Source: Octopus bimaculoides
Taxonomy: Eukaryota
Reading direction: 5' to 3'
Length of the DNA stretch: 64,000 nucleotides
Assembly (NCBI RefSeq): GCF_001194135.2
Contig: NC_069000.1
Coordinates: 7,620,013 to 7,684,012 of the forward strand
Made by a program: the position numbers and the translations under genes. Under the pieces are notes generated by a model that was not told the origin of the DNA, did not search any database, and worked only from the letters and a program-made list of their open reading frames with translations. Below, in pieces: positions 24,758-37,444 of this stretch. Every line of letters starts with the position of its first letter. The first letter of the stretch is position 1.

Positions 24758-24844
24758 GACAAAAAGAGAGGGAAAAAAGGAGAAATGGGGAGCAGTGTGC
24801 ATTTTAGGATGAGGAGAGAAAGAAAGAAAATAAAAACTTCTCAC

Positions 24845-24994
24845 CATCATGGCCTGAGTTGAGTAGATGTTCGCCGAGATCACAGCCGAACACTCGCTCT
24901 TTCACAATGCCAGAACGTTTCAGTTGGTTCCGGGCTGGTCGAGTGAAGAAGAAACGTTGTAGGAAGCTGATGAAGTTGCTGTGTTTGCGAAGGA
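24845..24994 (-). CDS. ARHGAP32: Exon 7, pre-GAP and GAP start ([10 protein letters not shown]...[18 protein letters not shown])
   Basis: CTCCTTCCAACAG| and |GTGAGA, 150 nt, phase 1-1. Confidence 0.95.
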
Positions 24995-25189
24995 CTGTTG
25001 GAAGGAGAATGGAAAACATGAGACTCATCGACTGGAACGTTTAATGGCAAAGAACAGGCTTCACGACACATCAATGGAAGAGGCTTAATGTGAAGACTAG
25101 GAGAAAATAAACAAATATCTATATTACAGACACACATTCATACACGCATACACATGAAGTATGTATGTGTGTGTGTGTGTGTGTGTGTC

Positions 25190-25225
<36 letters not shown>

Positions 25226-26284
25226 AATACACATATATACATATAATACACACACATACTATACATACAGCATATATTATGTATATATAACACAAAGTTT
25301 ATATACAATATATGTATTATATATACACATACATAAACATATAGTGCACACATACACACATGTATACATACAAATATATATATATATTAAATATATATAC
25401 ATAACACAGATATTACATATGTTTATATACATAATATATTACATATATATAATATACATATATATATATACACACACACAATACTAGATGCATTACATTT
25501 ATATCAGCTTCAGTAAAAAATATGAAAAATCTTAAATCTAATACTGCCAGAAAATTTACATCAACAACTCTCTTACTAGGTACATATACACACACACACA
25601 CACACGTAGGTTCATTTATATACGCAGATACACTCTCTTATGCACATGCAAATGCACACACACATATGTACATCAGTGCATTGGATTATAAAAACAATCT
25701 TATGACTAAAGCCAGAAGGGACAACATCTTAAATTCTGAAAACATGTATGCAGTGTTGCAGCACACTGCATTTGATTGTATTACGTTGACACAGCGCCAA
25801 TGACGATGCTGTGAGAGACAGCAGAGCGACTGTACTTGTGCTGGTTAAGAATGCTTCAAAGACGGTACAACGTGCCTGTGTTAGTTGAGCTGCTCATGGC
25901 TGTGGTTGAAGCTGTTGTCGTTGAGCTTGCTGCCCCTTCGTTCCATGTGTTGCCCCGTTTCACCGGCCCGGATGCTGCAGGAAAGTATAATAGTCACATC
26001 ACATCTAAAACCTCACACGTCAAATGTAACATATCACACAGCAACAGCTAACATCATTAAACATAGGACAAAACACAGCAGCCTCTAATCTGGAATCCTC
26101 TGAAATATTCCACACTAGGCTACACATATAGACTTGTACCTTCATGAGGTACCACACACGCACAGACAAACACAGACATGGAACAATTGTCTCAGTGTGT
26201 TGTTAAGTCCTCTCTTGAGAGATAAAAACTACCAAGGCATCACAATTATTTCAATGACTATGACAGGAGTCATAAAAGGGAGAC

Positions 26285-26505
26285 AGGGTATATATTACAG
26301 GGTATATATTACAGGGTATATATTACAGGGTATATATGGATAGGGTGATACAGTCAGATCATAGACAGGTGAGGGGGTTCATGTCATGTGATAGGAATAA
26401 TATCATACAATGTGAGAGGGATCATAAAAATGTGACAGGAGTAATATCATACAATGTGAGACATATCATAAAATATGACAGGCGCAACAATATCATACAG
26501 TGTGA
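26285..26505. repeat. 12-bp repeat (tatattacaggg) x4 followed by about 43-bp unit (aatatcatacaatgtgag...gtgacagg) x3
   Basis: Directly visible. Confidence 0.8.
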
Positions 26506-27329
26506 CCACATTTAATGGAAGTGTGAAAGCAAAAATTTTAAAAAATCTGTTGTCAATATTTCTGGTTTGCTAAAGTAATTCCAGAATTTTACATTGGAAT
26601 GTTTCAGAAAGTTCTTTTAGCCAGAGTAAGGTACAACACCTCTATAGTGTACACTATATCATTGCATGTTGCAACACATCACATTAGTGAATGCCATCAC
26701 TGTCTTTAGAGTAGGGTGGTTAAGCCAACACATCACAGACTACCTAGCTGCATACCTATTAGTGACTATTGCTCTATCCAGGGGAACATTCACTTCTTGT
26801 TTACTTCATGTTGACACTTTGTAAAGCTCTATAGGCCATGAAACAGGACAACTGGTTGACACCAACAGGTCAAAGGTGAAGCCTATTTCTTATTTTATTG
26901 GAGGCAATTTCCGTAGAATGGGAATAAAATGAAATTTCAGAACAACTGAGATAACGAGATGGAAACTACTCTTTAATTAAAAACATAATCCTTGGTATGG
27001 AATGACAAGCTCTGATATGGAGTTGTGAAAAATGGTGAGGATTCAGGGGCATTGGTGTAGAATGAGGCATATTGATGTGGACTTGTGACGAATGGCCTGA
27101 TGAGAAATGTGAAATGAGTCTTCAGAGCATCTCTTATTTCTACAACCACAGAGATGAAAGTCAATCATCTGATTCACCCCAACCCCTGATTGATATTCAT
27201 TTCATTGGGTTTTGAGGGTCATCAGCAATTCTCTCTCTTCTTCTCTCTGGCCAATACAGGTTTATATAACCATTCTCTACTGCTCCACAACTATTTGCCT
27301 ACAACTGCTTCACTGGACTCAGGTTAAAT

Positions 27330-28340
27330 GACTTGATTGGACTGTTTTAGCTGCTCAATGAAAAGATCCTCTTAGGAATTCAGCAGAGAACTATACAGAA
27401 ATGATGAGTAGATTGCAAATAACAGTGACCCTTCTGCCTCAGAAAGGCTCCATAAAAGACTAAATAGATTCTTTAGAAGTTTTCATCTATCACTTTCAGT
27501 ACTATGTGAAAAAGGTAAAATTTCTTAAATGTACTCTTGATCTAACTTGTGGTTTGCAATTTTGTTACCACAAACCAAACAAAAACTTACACTACATACA
27601 GAAACTATTTAATCATCTGAGATCAATTATAGATAATCTTGTTAGAAATATTTTACTTAGAATAACTAAATTGTCGGCCAATGAACAAATATTTAATGAG
27701 AATGCTGAACACCCTTGTACTACATAAAAACTAAGTCTCTCTCTCATAAAATACAGCAAACCTAAAAGAAGATAGAAATCCCAATACACAATCTATGACA
27801 AAAGAACTCAAAGATTGTAGTCTGAGTAAAATGGAGTTAAAAATGGGGAAGTAACTAGTTCTAACTCTAGCTATTCTAAAAACAGAGAAACTGGTGAAAT
27901 AATTACTATTAACGAGCCCTAAAATTAAGAAAGCTAACACCATACCTTTCCATATTGAAACACCTCATATTTCTGATAGCGAAAATAATAGTACAGGTAT
28001 TAACACTAGAAGTAAATGCAGTCATAGTAGTAGTAGTAGTAGTAGTAGTGAAAATAAACACTGAGGAACAAATAACCTAATTAACAGCAGGAAAAATTGA
28101 CAGAAGAAAAATTCAAATTTATCGAAATCTCTATAAATCTCAGCATATAACTCCCACCCCAACCTATAGTTTCAGCCAATCATTGATCCCTTCAAGGGAA
28201 ATGCTTCTTACATAATGTAATATACAAATGTACATACTGACAAGGAAATTTATATATCAAATCCCTCTAAAAGTTGCTATAATATGCATAGACATACATT
28301 TAACAACAAAATATATTACGCAAGACAACCTCACTAGTGA
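27330..28340 (+). mobile_element. Decayed Penelope-like retroelement (RT, thumb and GIY-YIG remnant)
   Basis: LYRNDE at 27391-27408 (for LYRDDG); KVKFLKCTLDLTCG...HKPNKNLHYIQKLFNHLRSIIDNL...LSANEQIFNENA; CPLQGKCLLHNVIYK-like segment and HRHTFNNK near 28190-28320. Confidence 0.72.
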
Positions 28341-28399
28341 AAGCTATAACAAATTTAAAAAGTAAGGGTACTGAATGAAAACTACAATAGAAAATCAAG

Positions 28400-29230
28400 G
28401 CTACTGTCCCTGCATACACATGTAGTAAATATGAATGCAGGTTTTGTATAATAAAAGTGCTTCAAATTGTTTTAGCTGGTGATGGGTTACTTGGGTTTCA
28501 AGCAGAAATAACGTGCTGCCATTACTGAACTGCAGTCACAGTGCTTTACAGAAGGTACAAAATGTTGGGCATTGGAAAGTATATGCAATATGGGTACTTC
28601 GCAATCAATACTTGATTTAAAGGAGAGAAGGGTGGAAGTCTGTTCTGATTTCTGGGAACATTTGAAGCTAACAAAGACTCGGCTTTTTTTTTACCTCCAA
28701 GCTAGTGACAAGGGATGAAATGTGAGCCATATCTTTATGACCCCGAAATGAAAGCTTAGTCTATGGAATAGCATCACATCACTTTTCCAAGGCTTAAGCA
28801 GTCAAAAGCCAGTGATCAGCAAAAGTAATGAGGGTTGTTTTTTTTTTAGAGTGACAAGGACATAATTCTCTTTGATCTTCTGGAATCTGACTGTGCCACA
28901 AATAGCAAGTAGTACATTGTGATACCCTAAACGCTTTGAGAAGCCATTAGAAAGAAGAGACTACACAGGAATTGGAAAATGATCCACATTCACCATGACA
29001 CATTTTTGGCAATGAATCAAGTGACTGGCAAATTGGGCAGGTCAGTGATCATCCATCCACTGTACAATCCAGATCTGACACCCTCCAACTTCCAGAGAGA
29101 AAGTTGCTGTGAAGACGTAGGTACAAAAGTGCGCATCTGAACTTTTTTTAAAGAGGATTTAAGAGGATTTAATGCATTGTTTGTAATAGAGACTATGTTG
29201 AGTGATGCCTTTGTATAGAGGAAGGAGTTA
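28400..29230 (+). mobile_element. Highly decayed mariner-type transposase
   Basis: Piecewise translation: KVYAIWVLR..ERRVEVCSDF; LYDPEMKA*SME*HH; KVMRVVFF..DIILFDLLE..NSK*Y; IIHPLYNPDLTPSNF (for HPPYSPDLAPSDF). TIRs not recognised. Confidence 0.7.
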
Positions 29231-29522
29231 CTCTACCAAACATGGGCAATTGGAATGTCCTATGTCAGTTAATAAAATCTATGCCTAGCTTTGCATTACT
29301 TTTGGTTCAAACATGTCATAGTTGTAAACGAATGTCCCTGACATGCAAGCAGTGTCGATTAACAATCTTCAGTGAAAACATGTCTGGTCATGAGGAACAT
29401 TATCTTATTTGGAAACAAGCAAGGGTTGGTGACAGGAAGGGCATCTGGCGGGAGAAAATCCATCTCAACAAATTCTGTCTAACCCATGCAAGCATGGCAA
29501 AGTACACATTAAACAATGATGA

Positions 29523-29590
<68 letters not shown>

Positions 29591-29591
29591 A

Positions 29592-29623
<32 letters not shown>

Positions 29624-31282
29624 GCATGACTATGGTTCAGAATTTCACATAGCAACCATGTAATTTTATGTTTAGTCTCATAGTGTGACACTTCGGGTAA
29701 GTGGTTCCTACTATAGCTTCAAGCTGACCAAGTCCTTGTGAATGGATTTGAATGACAGAAACTGACAGAAGTCCATTATGTGTGTGTGCGTGCGTGTGTG
29801 TGCATGTGCACATGTGTGTGTGTACACATATACACACAATTATATGTGAGGGATTATCAATCTGGGCAAAATACTTCATAAGCTCTCTGTGAGTACACCA
29901 GGCTAACAATATTCTTTAGATTAGTAAAGAACTCCACGTGTTCTTATAGAAAGATCTGAGGTTACAGTTCACCAACATTCTATATCATAACTCTATGGTT
30001 TTGCACTATTTGTACCAATTTTTACAGAGTGATATGCAAGACAAGGTATAAATAATGGTCATTACATATTTTTTTCTTTATTGCAGTGTGTGTGTGTGTA
30101 TTATATGAGAGAGAGTGGTTTGTTAAAGTACCTAGTAACAAACTAGTGAGTCACTAGTTCATACTCTACCACTGACTGGTGTACCACAGTCTCCATGAGT
30201 TGGGATAGTGAAATGTGAAATAGCTCAGGCCATCAGACTGTACAAGAATACCACAGAATTAGAATAACTTGTGGAAGAAAGCAGAAGCAGCACCATAAGA
30301 TTGACAAGTGATTCATTAGCGTGTAGAGTTGCACCTATCATTAACTGTGATTAATTAGGTCATGGCTGGTTGTTGGGTTCATTGCACGACTCTAAAGACT
30401 CCTTCCCACAATACTAAAGCATAAACTGCATCAATTCACACTTGGTACCTCTTTACAGCTAAGTGGACTGTACCTCAACAGAGCACTTCTTTATAAATAA
30501 GTGAACTGTGACACATGCTTTACCAGCAATGCACACACACACACACACACACATAAAAACGAGTGTGTGTACATGCTTGTTTTGTGTGTGTGTGTGTGTT
30601 TTGTGTGTGCACACGCAAACAAGTGTGTGTGTGGAAGCATGTATGTATTGGTGTATATGAAAGTGTGAGTGCCGACTGACAAGAATAGATTAGTGATGCA
30701 AGTACAGATGTGGAAACTTTATCAGGTGAAGCTGGATTAGGAGGTGGGTGAGTAGGTGGGTGGGTGGAAGGGGGGGGGGGCGTGTGTATAACATTAAAAC
30801 AAACAAACAAACAATTAAAATAATCCAATAAACAAATAAACATAATAGAAGACATATCTCAGCAGTATTGTTAATGGCAACAACAACAACAACAACAACA
30901 TTACTAATAAATATAACCATAATAATAATAATGATAATAATATTAATAACAACAACAACAATAACAAACTTTTGATAATAATAATGATAATAATACCAGG
31001 AATGATAATACTGATAACAAAGCAGAATTTATCAAAACAGCACACACACACACAAATAAACTAAGACTATTCTCGAGAGAGGAGTTATAGTGAAAGGATG
31101 ATAAAAAAGCATATATAAATGTGTGTATGCATGTGTGTATGCATGAGTGTGTGTGTGTGTATGTGTGCATGCATGTGTGTACGTGTGTGTGTGTGTGTGT
31201 GTTTGTGTGTGTGAGAGAGAGAGAGAGAGAGCATGTGAGAGTGACGTCAGTGGCGCTAACAGAAGCTGCAGCTTCTACTTAC

Positions 31283-31376
31283 AAGGCTTCCTAATTGGTG
31301 GTGGTATTCTGGAAGCCATAGACTGTGGAACTTTATCCCGGATCACCTCAACACATTCACTGGGGAAAAAACCAAC
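31283..31376 (-). CDS. ARHGAP32: Exon 6, SH3 end (VGFFPSECVEVIRDKVPQSMASRIPPPIRKP)
   Basis: TTTCAG| and |GTAAGT, 94 nt, phase 0-1. Confidence 0.95.
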
Positions 31377-32680
31377 CTGAAACACATTGTACAATAAAAT
31401 AACAGCATTAATTTGCGTGCGTACATGTGTGTGCATGCTGCGTATACATATACATATATATACACAGCCACAGACATGTAAATTATGTATAGAGAGATAC
31501 ACACATATATACATGCATACACACACACTCAAATATGTACATACATATCCTCATCATCATTTAACATTCATATTCCATGCTGACATGGGTTGGGCAGTTT
31601 GACAGAACCTGATGTATCCAAGGATTGCATTAAATTCCAACATCTATTTTGGTATGGTTTTTACAGCTATTCTTGTCAGTCGGCACTCACACTTCCAAAG
31701 GCCAACCGTTTTATAGTGTGGACTTGTTGATTTTTATCGTGCCACTTGCACTATTGAGGTGGCCATGCAGTTTGCATGACGATGAGCCTTGGGGAAGGCG
31801 TGTGTGTGTATGTGTGTGTGAGGAGTGGTAAGGAATGATGAGAATGCTTCACATCTCAGTTATTTTTATAACCATGGAAATGAAAGCCAGTCATCTGATT
31901 TACCCTGATCCTTTATTGATATTCAAAATAAGTATGATACATTTGGCGTTAGGAAGGGCATCCAGCTGTAGAAACTCTGCCAGATCAGATTGGAGTCTGG
32001 TGTAGCCATCTGGTTTGCCAGTCCTCAGTCAAATCGTCCAACCCATGCTAGCATGGAAAGTGGACGTTAAATGATGATGATGATGACAGATGACACAGGT
32101 AACTTAAGGAGATGAGATTTTAAACTTTAACTTCTTCATCCACAAAGAGGTTTGGCATCGAAAGTTGGCTATAAAAACAATCCTTATCAAGCTGTTATGG
32201 AGGTAAAAAAGCAGATAAACTTAGGTAAGCTTCAAGCATGTGTTTACAAGGAATACAAATATACAGCTTACAGAATATTCTATAATCTGTATTCCATGTA
32301 AATACATGCTTTAAACCTACCTATCTTTACCTGACTTTCTATATTTTACATATCATCATATATATGATATCTTGAGAGAGAGAGAGAGAGACAGACAGAC
32401 AGATTCTGAATTATAAATTAAAAGCAGTTCTTGCAATGTGAACATTAATGATCACACATACACAGCAAATGTATTTTACTTATTTGCTAAATTTGCAGTG
32501 GGATAGCATTTGAGATTGTTCCCTGCACAATGCTGGGTGTTAAAGAACATCCCAGTGCCATAAACCACCCAAGACAATTCACCCTGGATTCAATCCAAGA
32601 GTGGTAGAATATGTCAAATAAAATCATAATTAACTGATCCTTTTCAGTACCCTACTTCCCTGTACATACAAACAAGGTTG

Positions 32681-32728
<48 letters not shown>

Positions 32729-32738
32729 NNNNNNNNNN

Positions 32739-32792
<54 letters not shown>

Positions 32793-32931
32793 CTCAGGTA
32801 TTTGATTCAGGAAAGTGTCCTCAACCAGCTATCCTATGGTAATGGCTGTTTCAGGAACACTCTTGCAAATATATAAGTTTGCACACTTAGTCAACCAACT
32901 TCAAAGACAGAAACAAACGTTGCATATTTAC

Positions 32932-33009
32932 CTCAAAGCCACGTTTTCCCCTCCACCAAATGGTGTCCTCGGGGGGTGGTTTGTCTATCACAGATACAAT
33001 ATCCCCAAC
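32932..33009 (-). CDS. ARHGAP32: Exon 5, SH3 (VGDIVSVIDKPPPEDTIWWRGKRGFE); not captured in this frame by the ORF track
   Basis: TTTTCAG| and |GTAAAT, 78 nt, phase 0-0; SH3 WW motif. Confidence 0.95.
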
Positions 33010-33039
33010 CTGAAAATGAAAAAAATGTACAAAAGTAGT

Positions 33040-33305
33040 AGAGGTTAGTCCAAAGTGGGCAGAGGTCAGTCATGGTGAGCCAAGGCCAGTCAAGACAGAC
33101 AGAGGTCTGTTGAGGTGGGTGGAGGTTGGCAGAGGTGAGCTGAGGTGGGTAGAGGTTGGCAGAGGTGGGTAGAGATTGGCAAAGGTGGGTAGAGATTGGC
33201 CAAGGCAGGCAGAGGTAGGTCAAAGCAGGCAGAGGTCGGGTCAGTCAAAGTGGACAAAGGTCAAACAGGGCAGAGGTTGGTCTAAGTGAGCAGAGGTTTA
33301 TCAAG
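33040..33305. repeat. About 20-bp G-rich minisatellite (aggttggcagaggtgggtag)
   Basis: Directly visible, about 12 degenerate units. Confidence 0.85.
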
Positions 33306-33526
33306 ATCAAATGGTCAAAACAATATGCTTCAACAGCAACAAATAAAAAGGCAAACTATAAATAGGAACAACAACAACAACAGCAACCACCACCGCCACC
33401 ACCACCACCACTGCCGCCACTACAGTTGCCAAGACACCACAAACATCTCTGCTGCCACTCCACCACCACCACTACTACTACTGCCATCACTCCCCACCCC
33501 ATTTACATTCCCCTTTCCTTCATCAA

Positions 33527-33826
33527 TGGCCCAGTGGTTAGGGCAGCGGACTCACAGTCGGAGGATCGCGGTTTCGATTCCCAGACCGAGCGTTGTGCGT
33601 GTTTATTGAGCGAAAACACCTAAAGTTCCACGAGGCTCCGGCAGGGCGTGGTGGCAATCCCTGTTGTATTCTTTTGTCCCAACTTTCTCTCACTCTTTCT
33701 TCCTGTTTCTTGAGTAACGCTTCGATGGACTGGCGTCCTGTCCAGCTGGTGGGGAACACATACACCATAGAAACCGGGAAACTGAGCCCATGAGCCTGGC
33801 TAGGCTTTAAAAGGGCGCATAAATAA
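33527..33826 (+). mobile_element. tRNA-derived SINE (family D), single well-preserved copy
   Basis: A box TGGCCCAGTGG and B box GGTTTCGATTCC, then a CpG-rich body. The segment gatggactggcgtcctgtccag resembles the V-SINE central domain (from memory). Confidence 0.8.
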
Positions 33827-34095
33827 TTTCTTCATTTCACAAAACACTGAACCTGCTGGTCACAAGCTCAGCTTATACAAAGAACCCCAACATTGGAAAA
33901 AGGTAGCATCCTAGAAAAGGAGGTGTCTCCATTCTGTTGCTCAACTAGCCAATTCCATGTGAAACTTTTGAAAAATGCAGACCAACGTAAAAAACAGTAT
34001 TGTTGTGAGTGGAATGTCTTTCATCAGGGTGCTACTCAAACAGGGCAAACCTGAGGTTAAACAATAACAGCAAAAAAGAAAATGAACCCACTGAC

Positions 34096-34218
34096 CTCTA
34101 GTGAAATTTCATCTGCAGCCTGTGCATTGTAGCGACGTATTGCGTGTGCGGCAGCAATAGCAGGTGTGTTGATTCCAGAATCATCCACAGCAAGCAGACG
34201 ATTTCCGCGATTGTCCAT
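34096..34218 (-). CDS. ARHGAP32: Exon 4, linker and SH3 start (MDNRGNRLL...QAADEISLE)
   Basis: TTGCAG| and |GTCAGT, 123 nt, phase 0-0. Confidence 0.95.
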
Positions 34219-34882
34219 CTGCAATACAGGAAGGGGGAACAGTAAATAACACATGGAATACTTAATAATTACACACACATGCACAAGACTATTTTTTACT
34301 GTTATTTGACTATTGAATATAGTGGTCCAACATCAAAATCAACAGGATATTCAACTGGCAGCTGATGAGGGATATCCCTTTTTTCTATAAAGTGTGTTTA
34401 TCTTTCTCTAATGTCTCTGCTGTTGTTACTGCTCTGTTTGAATTGTTTCTCATGCTTATGACAGTGTTGCCGCTGCAGTTGATTACTTGTCATCGGTGTA
34501 GTGTGAATTAGAGGTTAGATAGGTAATTTATTTTAAAGTTATACTTTTTTTTTTTACAAAGAGCACTTATAGAGAATTGCTAATTAAAACAAACACAAAC
34601 TAGAAATTTGTTGAAATGATTACACTAATTTGCATGTCATATGTTTGTCATATAATTAATTCATAATTAACCATGTACATCTTAGTGTGTACAATGGGAA
34701 TATCAAAGACAAGTTTAAAATGGTTAAACTAGTTTTAAGACCTGTTGCAAGAGAATTTCAAGTGTGAATACGTCTTGTTATTTAGTTACAACCAATGAAA
34801 GAACTTTGATGCTAGTCATGTGACAAGTTGTTTGTGGAGTTAGAATAAAGTGAGACATTATTATTATTATTATTATTCTTAC

Positions 34883-34975
34883 CTCGAGCCAGTTGAGTAT
34901 GGAGCCGCAGTAGATCATACTTCCAGCAATGGATGAGAACCGTTTCAGATATTTCTGCAGCAGTTCTTGCATCTC
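34883..34975 (-). CDS. ARHGAP32: Exon 3, end of PX-like domain (EMQELLQKYLKRFSSIAGSMIYCGSILNWLE)
   Basis: TTCAG| and |GTAAGA, 93 nt, phase 0-0. Confidence 0.95.
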
Positions 34976-37220
34976 CTGAAGGGCACACAGACAGACAAAT
35001 GTGTGAGAGAAAGAGAGGTGGAAAGGGGAGACATTTAACAACAAATAAAACCTTTTTTTTTTAAAAAAAAACATTAAGCTCACTTCTTTTGAATTCAATT
35101 TCCTCAAGCATGAGGAAAATATGAATGTCACAACATCACATAACATTTCCCTTCCCTATAACTCAGTCTTCATGCTTACATCAAGATATGGATATGAATT
35201 AATACTGCAACTTCTTCCTAGCTACTCAAATGTGCCAGTCCAGTTGATTGAACATAAATAGAGCAAGTGTGGATTGGTTGCTTTTCTAGACAGTGTTATA
35301 GTAGTGTGTGATCATGTGATACTGGCTTTTGTAGTGTGGTGTGGTGGTAGTGAAGATATGCTGTGGTGGTGTAATATGCATTATGCTGTATGGTAGCGTG
35401 ATGATACTAATGAAATTAAGCTGCTTTTTATCCCTAACACATCTACAATCAAAGACGTTCCAACCTCGACCATCCCATCTTTTATTCAGACGCAGTGGAT
35501 ATAACTTTATCTAACACCATGTACAGAGCTGGCTGACAATACAACATGATGAAGTCATGCTAAAATTCCTTCATAACTTGTTTTCTTCAATAGAAACTTT
35601 TACTTTTACTGGCTGGGTGCTAACAGGACACACCTCTTCCTCCCAGCAACATTTACACCCACACAAAGACACACATTTACGCATTCAGATAGTTACATAC
35701 ACACACACACACACACATACACACTGTATTTTTTGGTATACAAGTCAACATAGTATATAGTGTAAGCATGCAGTGTAAATAAACATCATCACTATCTTTC
35801 CAAATCCTGCTGAATTTTGTATGTACTTGTTTGGTCCTTTAAAAATTATCTAGGCATATTAAGTTGATCTGTCATTTTTTCGTCTGTAAATTTTGGCCTG
35901 AAAAATTTAACTTGGATACCAAAACTTACAGTACATACACACAGTTTTCCACTTTTGCTCACTTCCAGACCAGCTGCAGCAACATGCTTTCCTCTCTGCT
36001 ACGTAACTATATTTTCAACCTCCCCAGAATGAAAGATAGGGTAACCAGATACCCAGGGAGGCGAAACACTCAGTCAATCTATCAGATAAAGCTTTAATAT
36101 CCCACACCCAGAAGATAGGGGTCCATCACAATCGTTGCCCATTGTCTCCACTATCCCTGCATCCCTGCACTCTACTATAAAAACTGGGGGGAAGGGGAAG
36201 GGTAGTTTTAATGAAAGTATGTCAGTTTAATTAAGTGAAACCAAAGCAACACATCTGAAGTATCATTTCATGTGTGTAGGTGTATGTTTGTAGGTGTGTG
36301 TGTGTGTGTGTGTGTGTGAATGTGTAAGAGAAAGAATGAGAAAGTGTATATGTAATTATGTGTGCATTTGAGGAATAGTGCTTCTGGATCTAGTTTTATC
36401 CCCCTACCATCACCAACTGATGGCATTTATTAAGAACAGGAAGCAATAACCATGACAACATCAATACGGGCATCCAGTTAGGGAGCTGTATGATATCAAG
36501 TTGTCCCATCTCTAATTAATTAAAAGGAGATGTGACGAGACTAAGAAATAGCTCAGTTGTAATTTGACCTCAAACAGGACATCTTTCATCTTTGGGGCAA
36601 ATCTGGCCATTTTCCTTCTTCACACACACACACACAGACATAACACACAAACACATCAGACATAACACACACATATCAGACACAACATATACACACACCA
36701 CAGGCACAAATATTGCATCACACAGCAGTGATAGTGAACCCATAAGAATTTCCTTTTACAGGTTCATTATTCCTGTTAGATATAGCAACCAAACCTCCCT
36801 CAAATCTCTCCCTACAATCATATACATACATAAACACACCCACACACATGTCTATAGTGCTTGATAAGAGCTGACATATGGATACACAATGATGACATCC
36901 TTGTCTAATGATGGTGAAGAAGGCAGTAATTTTCTGATTCTAAAATCTAAATCAGTCCGTTAATTAAAGTGCTGGGCTATTGACCAACAAGTCAAGAGTT
37001 CAAACCTAGCATTTCAGATGTCCCCCACCATCACCACCACCACCATAATCTATCACTGCCACTCCCTCGTCTTTCATCCATTTCAAGTCAGTTATTTTGT
37101 CGTGGAGACATTGGTGATGATGGCAGTTTCTTCATGTCTGAAGATCAAGAGTAAGAGAAGCACACCCACAAGTGTTTACATGAACTGCAAGGCTTTTCTT
37201 CCTGCTAGTGCTTAGTAGTC

Positions 37221-37444
37221 TTAACCCTTCTGATACCAACCCACCTGAAACTGCCTCAATGACAATAAACTTACTGTTTTAAAGCGGTCTGAATTATAAT
37301 CTTCCATCAAAATTTTATGCTAATTTGTTCCAGACACCCAGCTTAACAATGAGAAAGTTATTTTATTGAATTCTCCATTATTTTAAAAATGAATGCAAAC
37401 AAAGGCTGCATAGGTTAACAGAAATAAGATAACAAAATAGTCAA
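37221..37444. mobile_element. TTAA-terminated (piggyBac-like) MITE, right end degenerate
   Basis: Left end TTAACCCTTCTGATACC; right end ...AACAAAATAGTCAA resembling ...AAGGGTTAA; about 220 bp, AT-rich. Confidence 0.5.

Noticed and set aside
31691-31750. 60-nt in-frame segment bounded by AATAG| and |GTGAGT (CKWHDKNQQVHTIKRLAFGS)
   Set aside because: The acceptor has no polypyrimidine tract, and the insert would split the SH3 fold between GFE and VGFF
33527-33590. Possible tRNA gene
   Set aside because: A and B boxes are present, but the anticodon and acceptor stems do not pair, and the sequence continues into a SINE body
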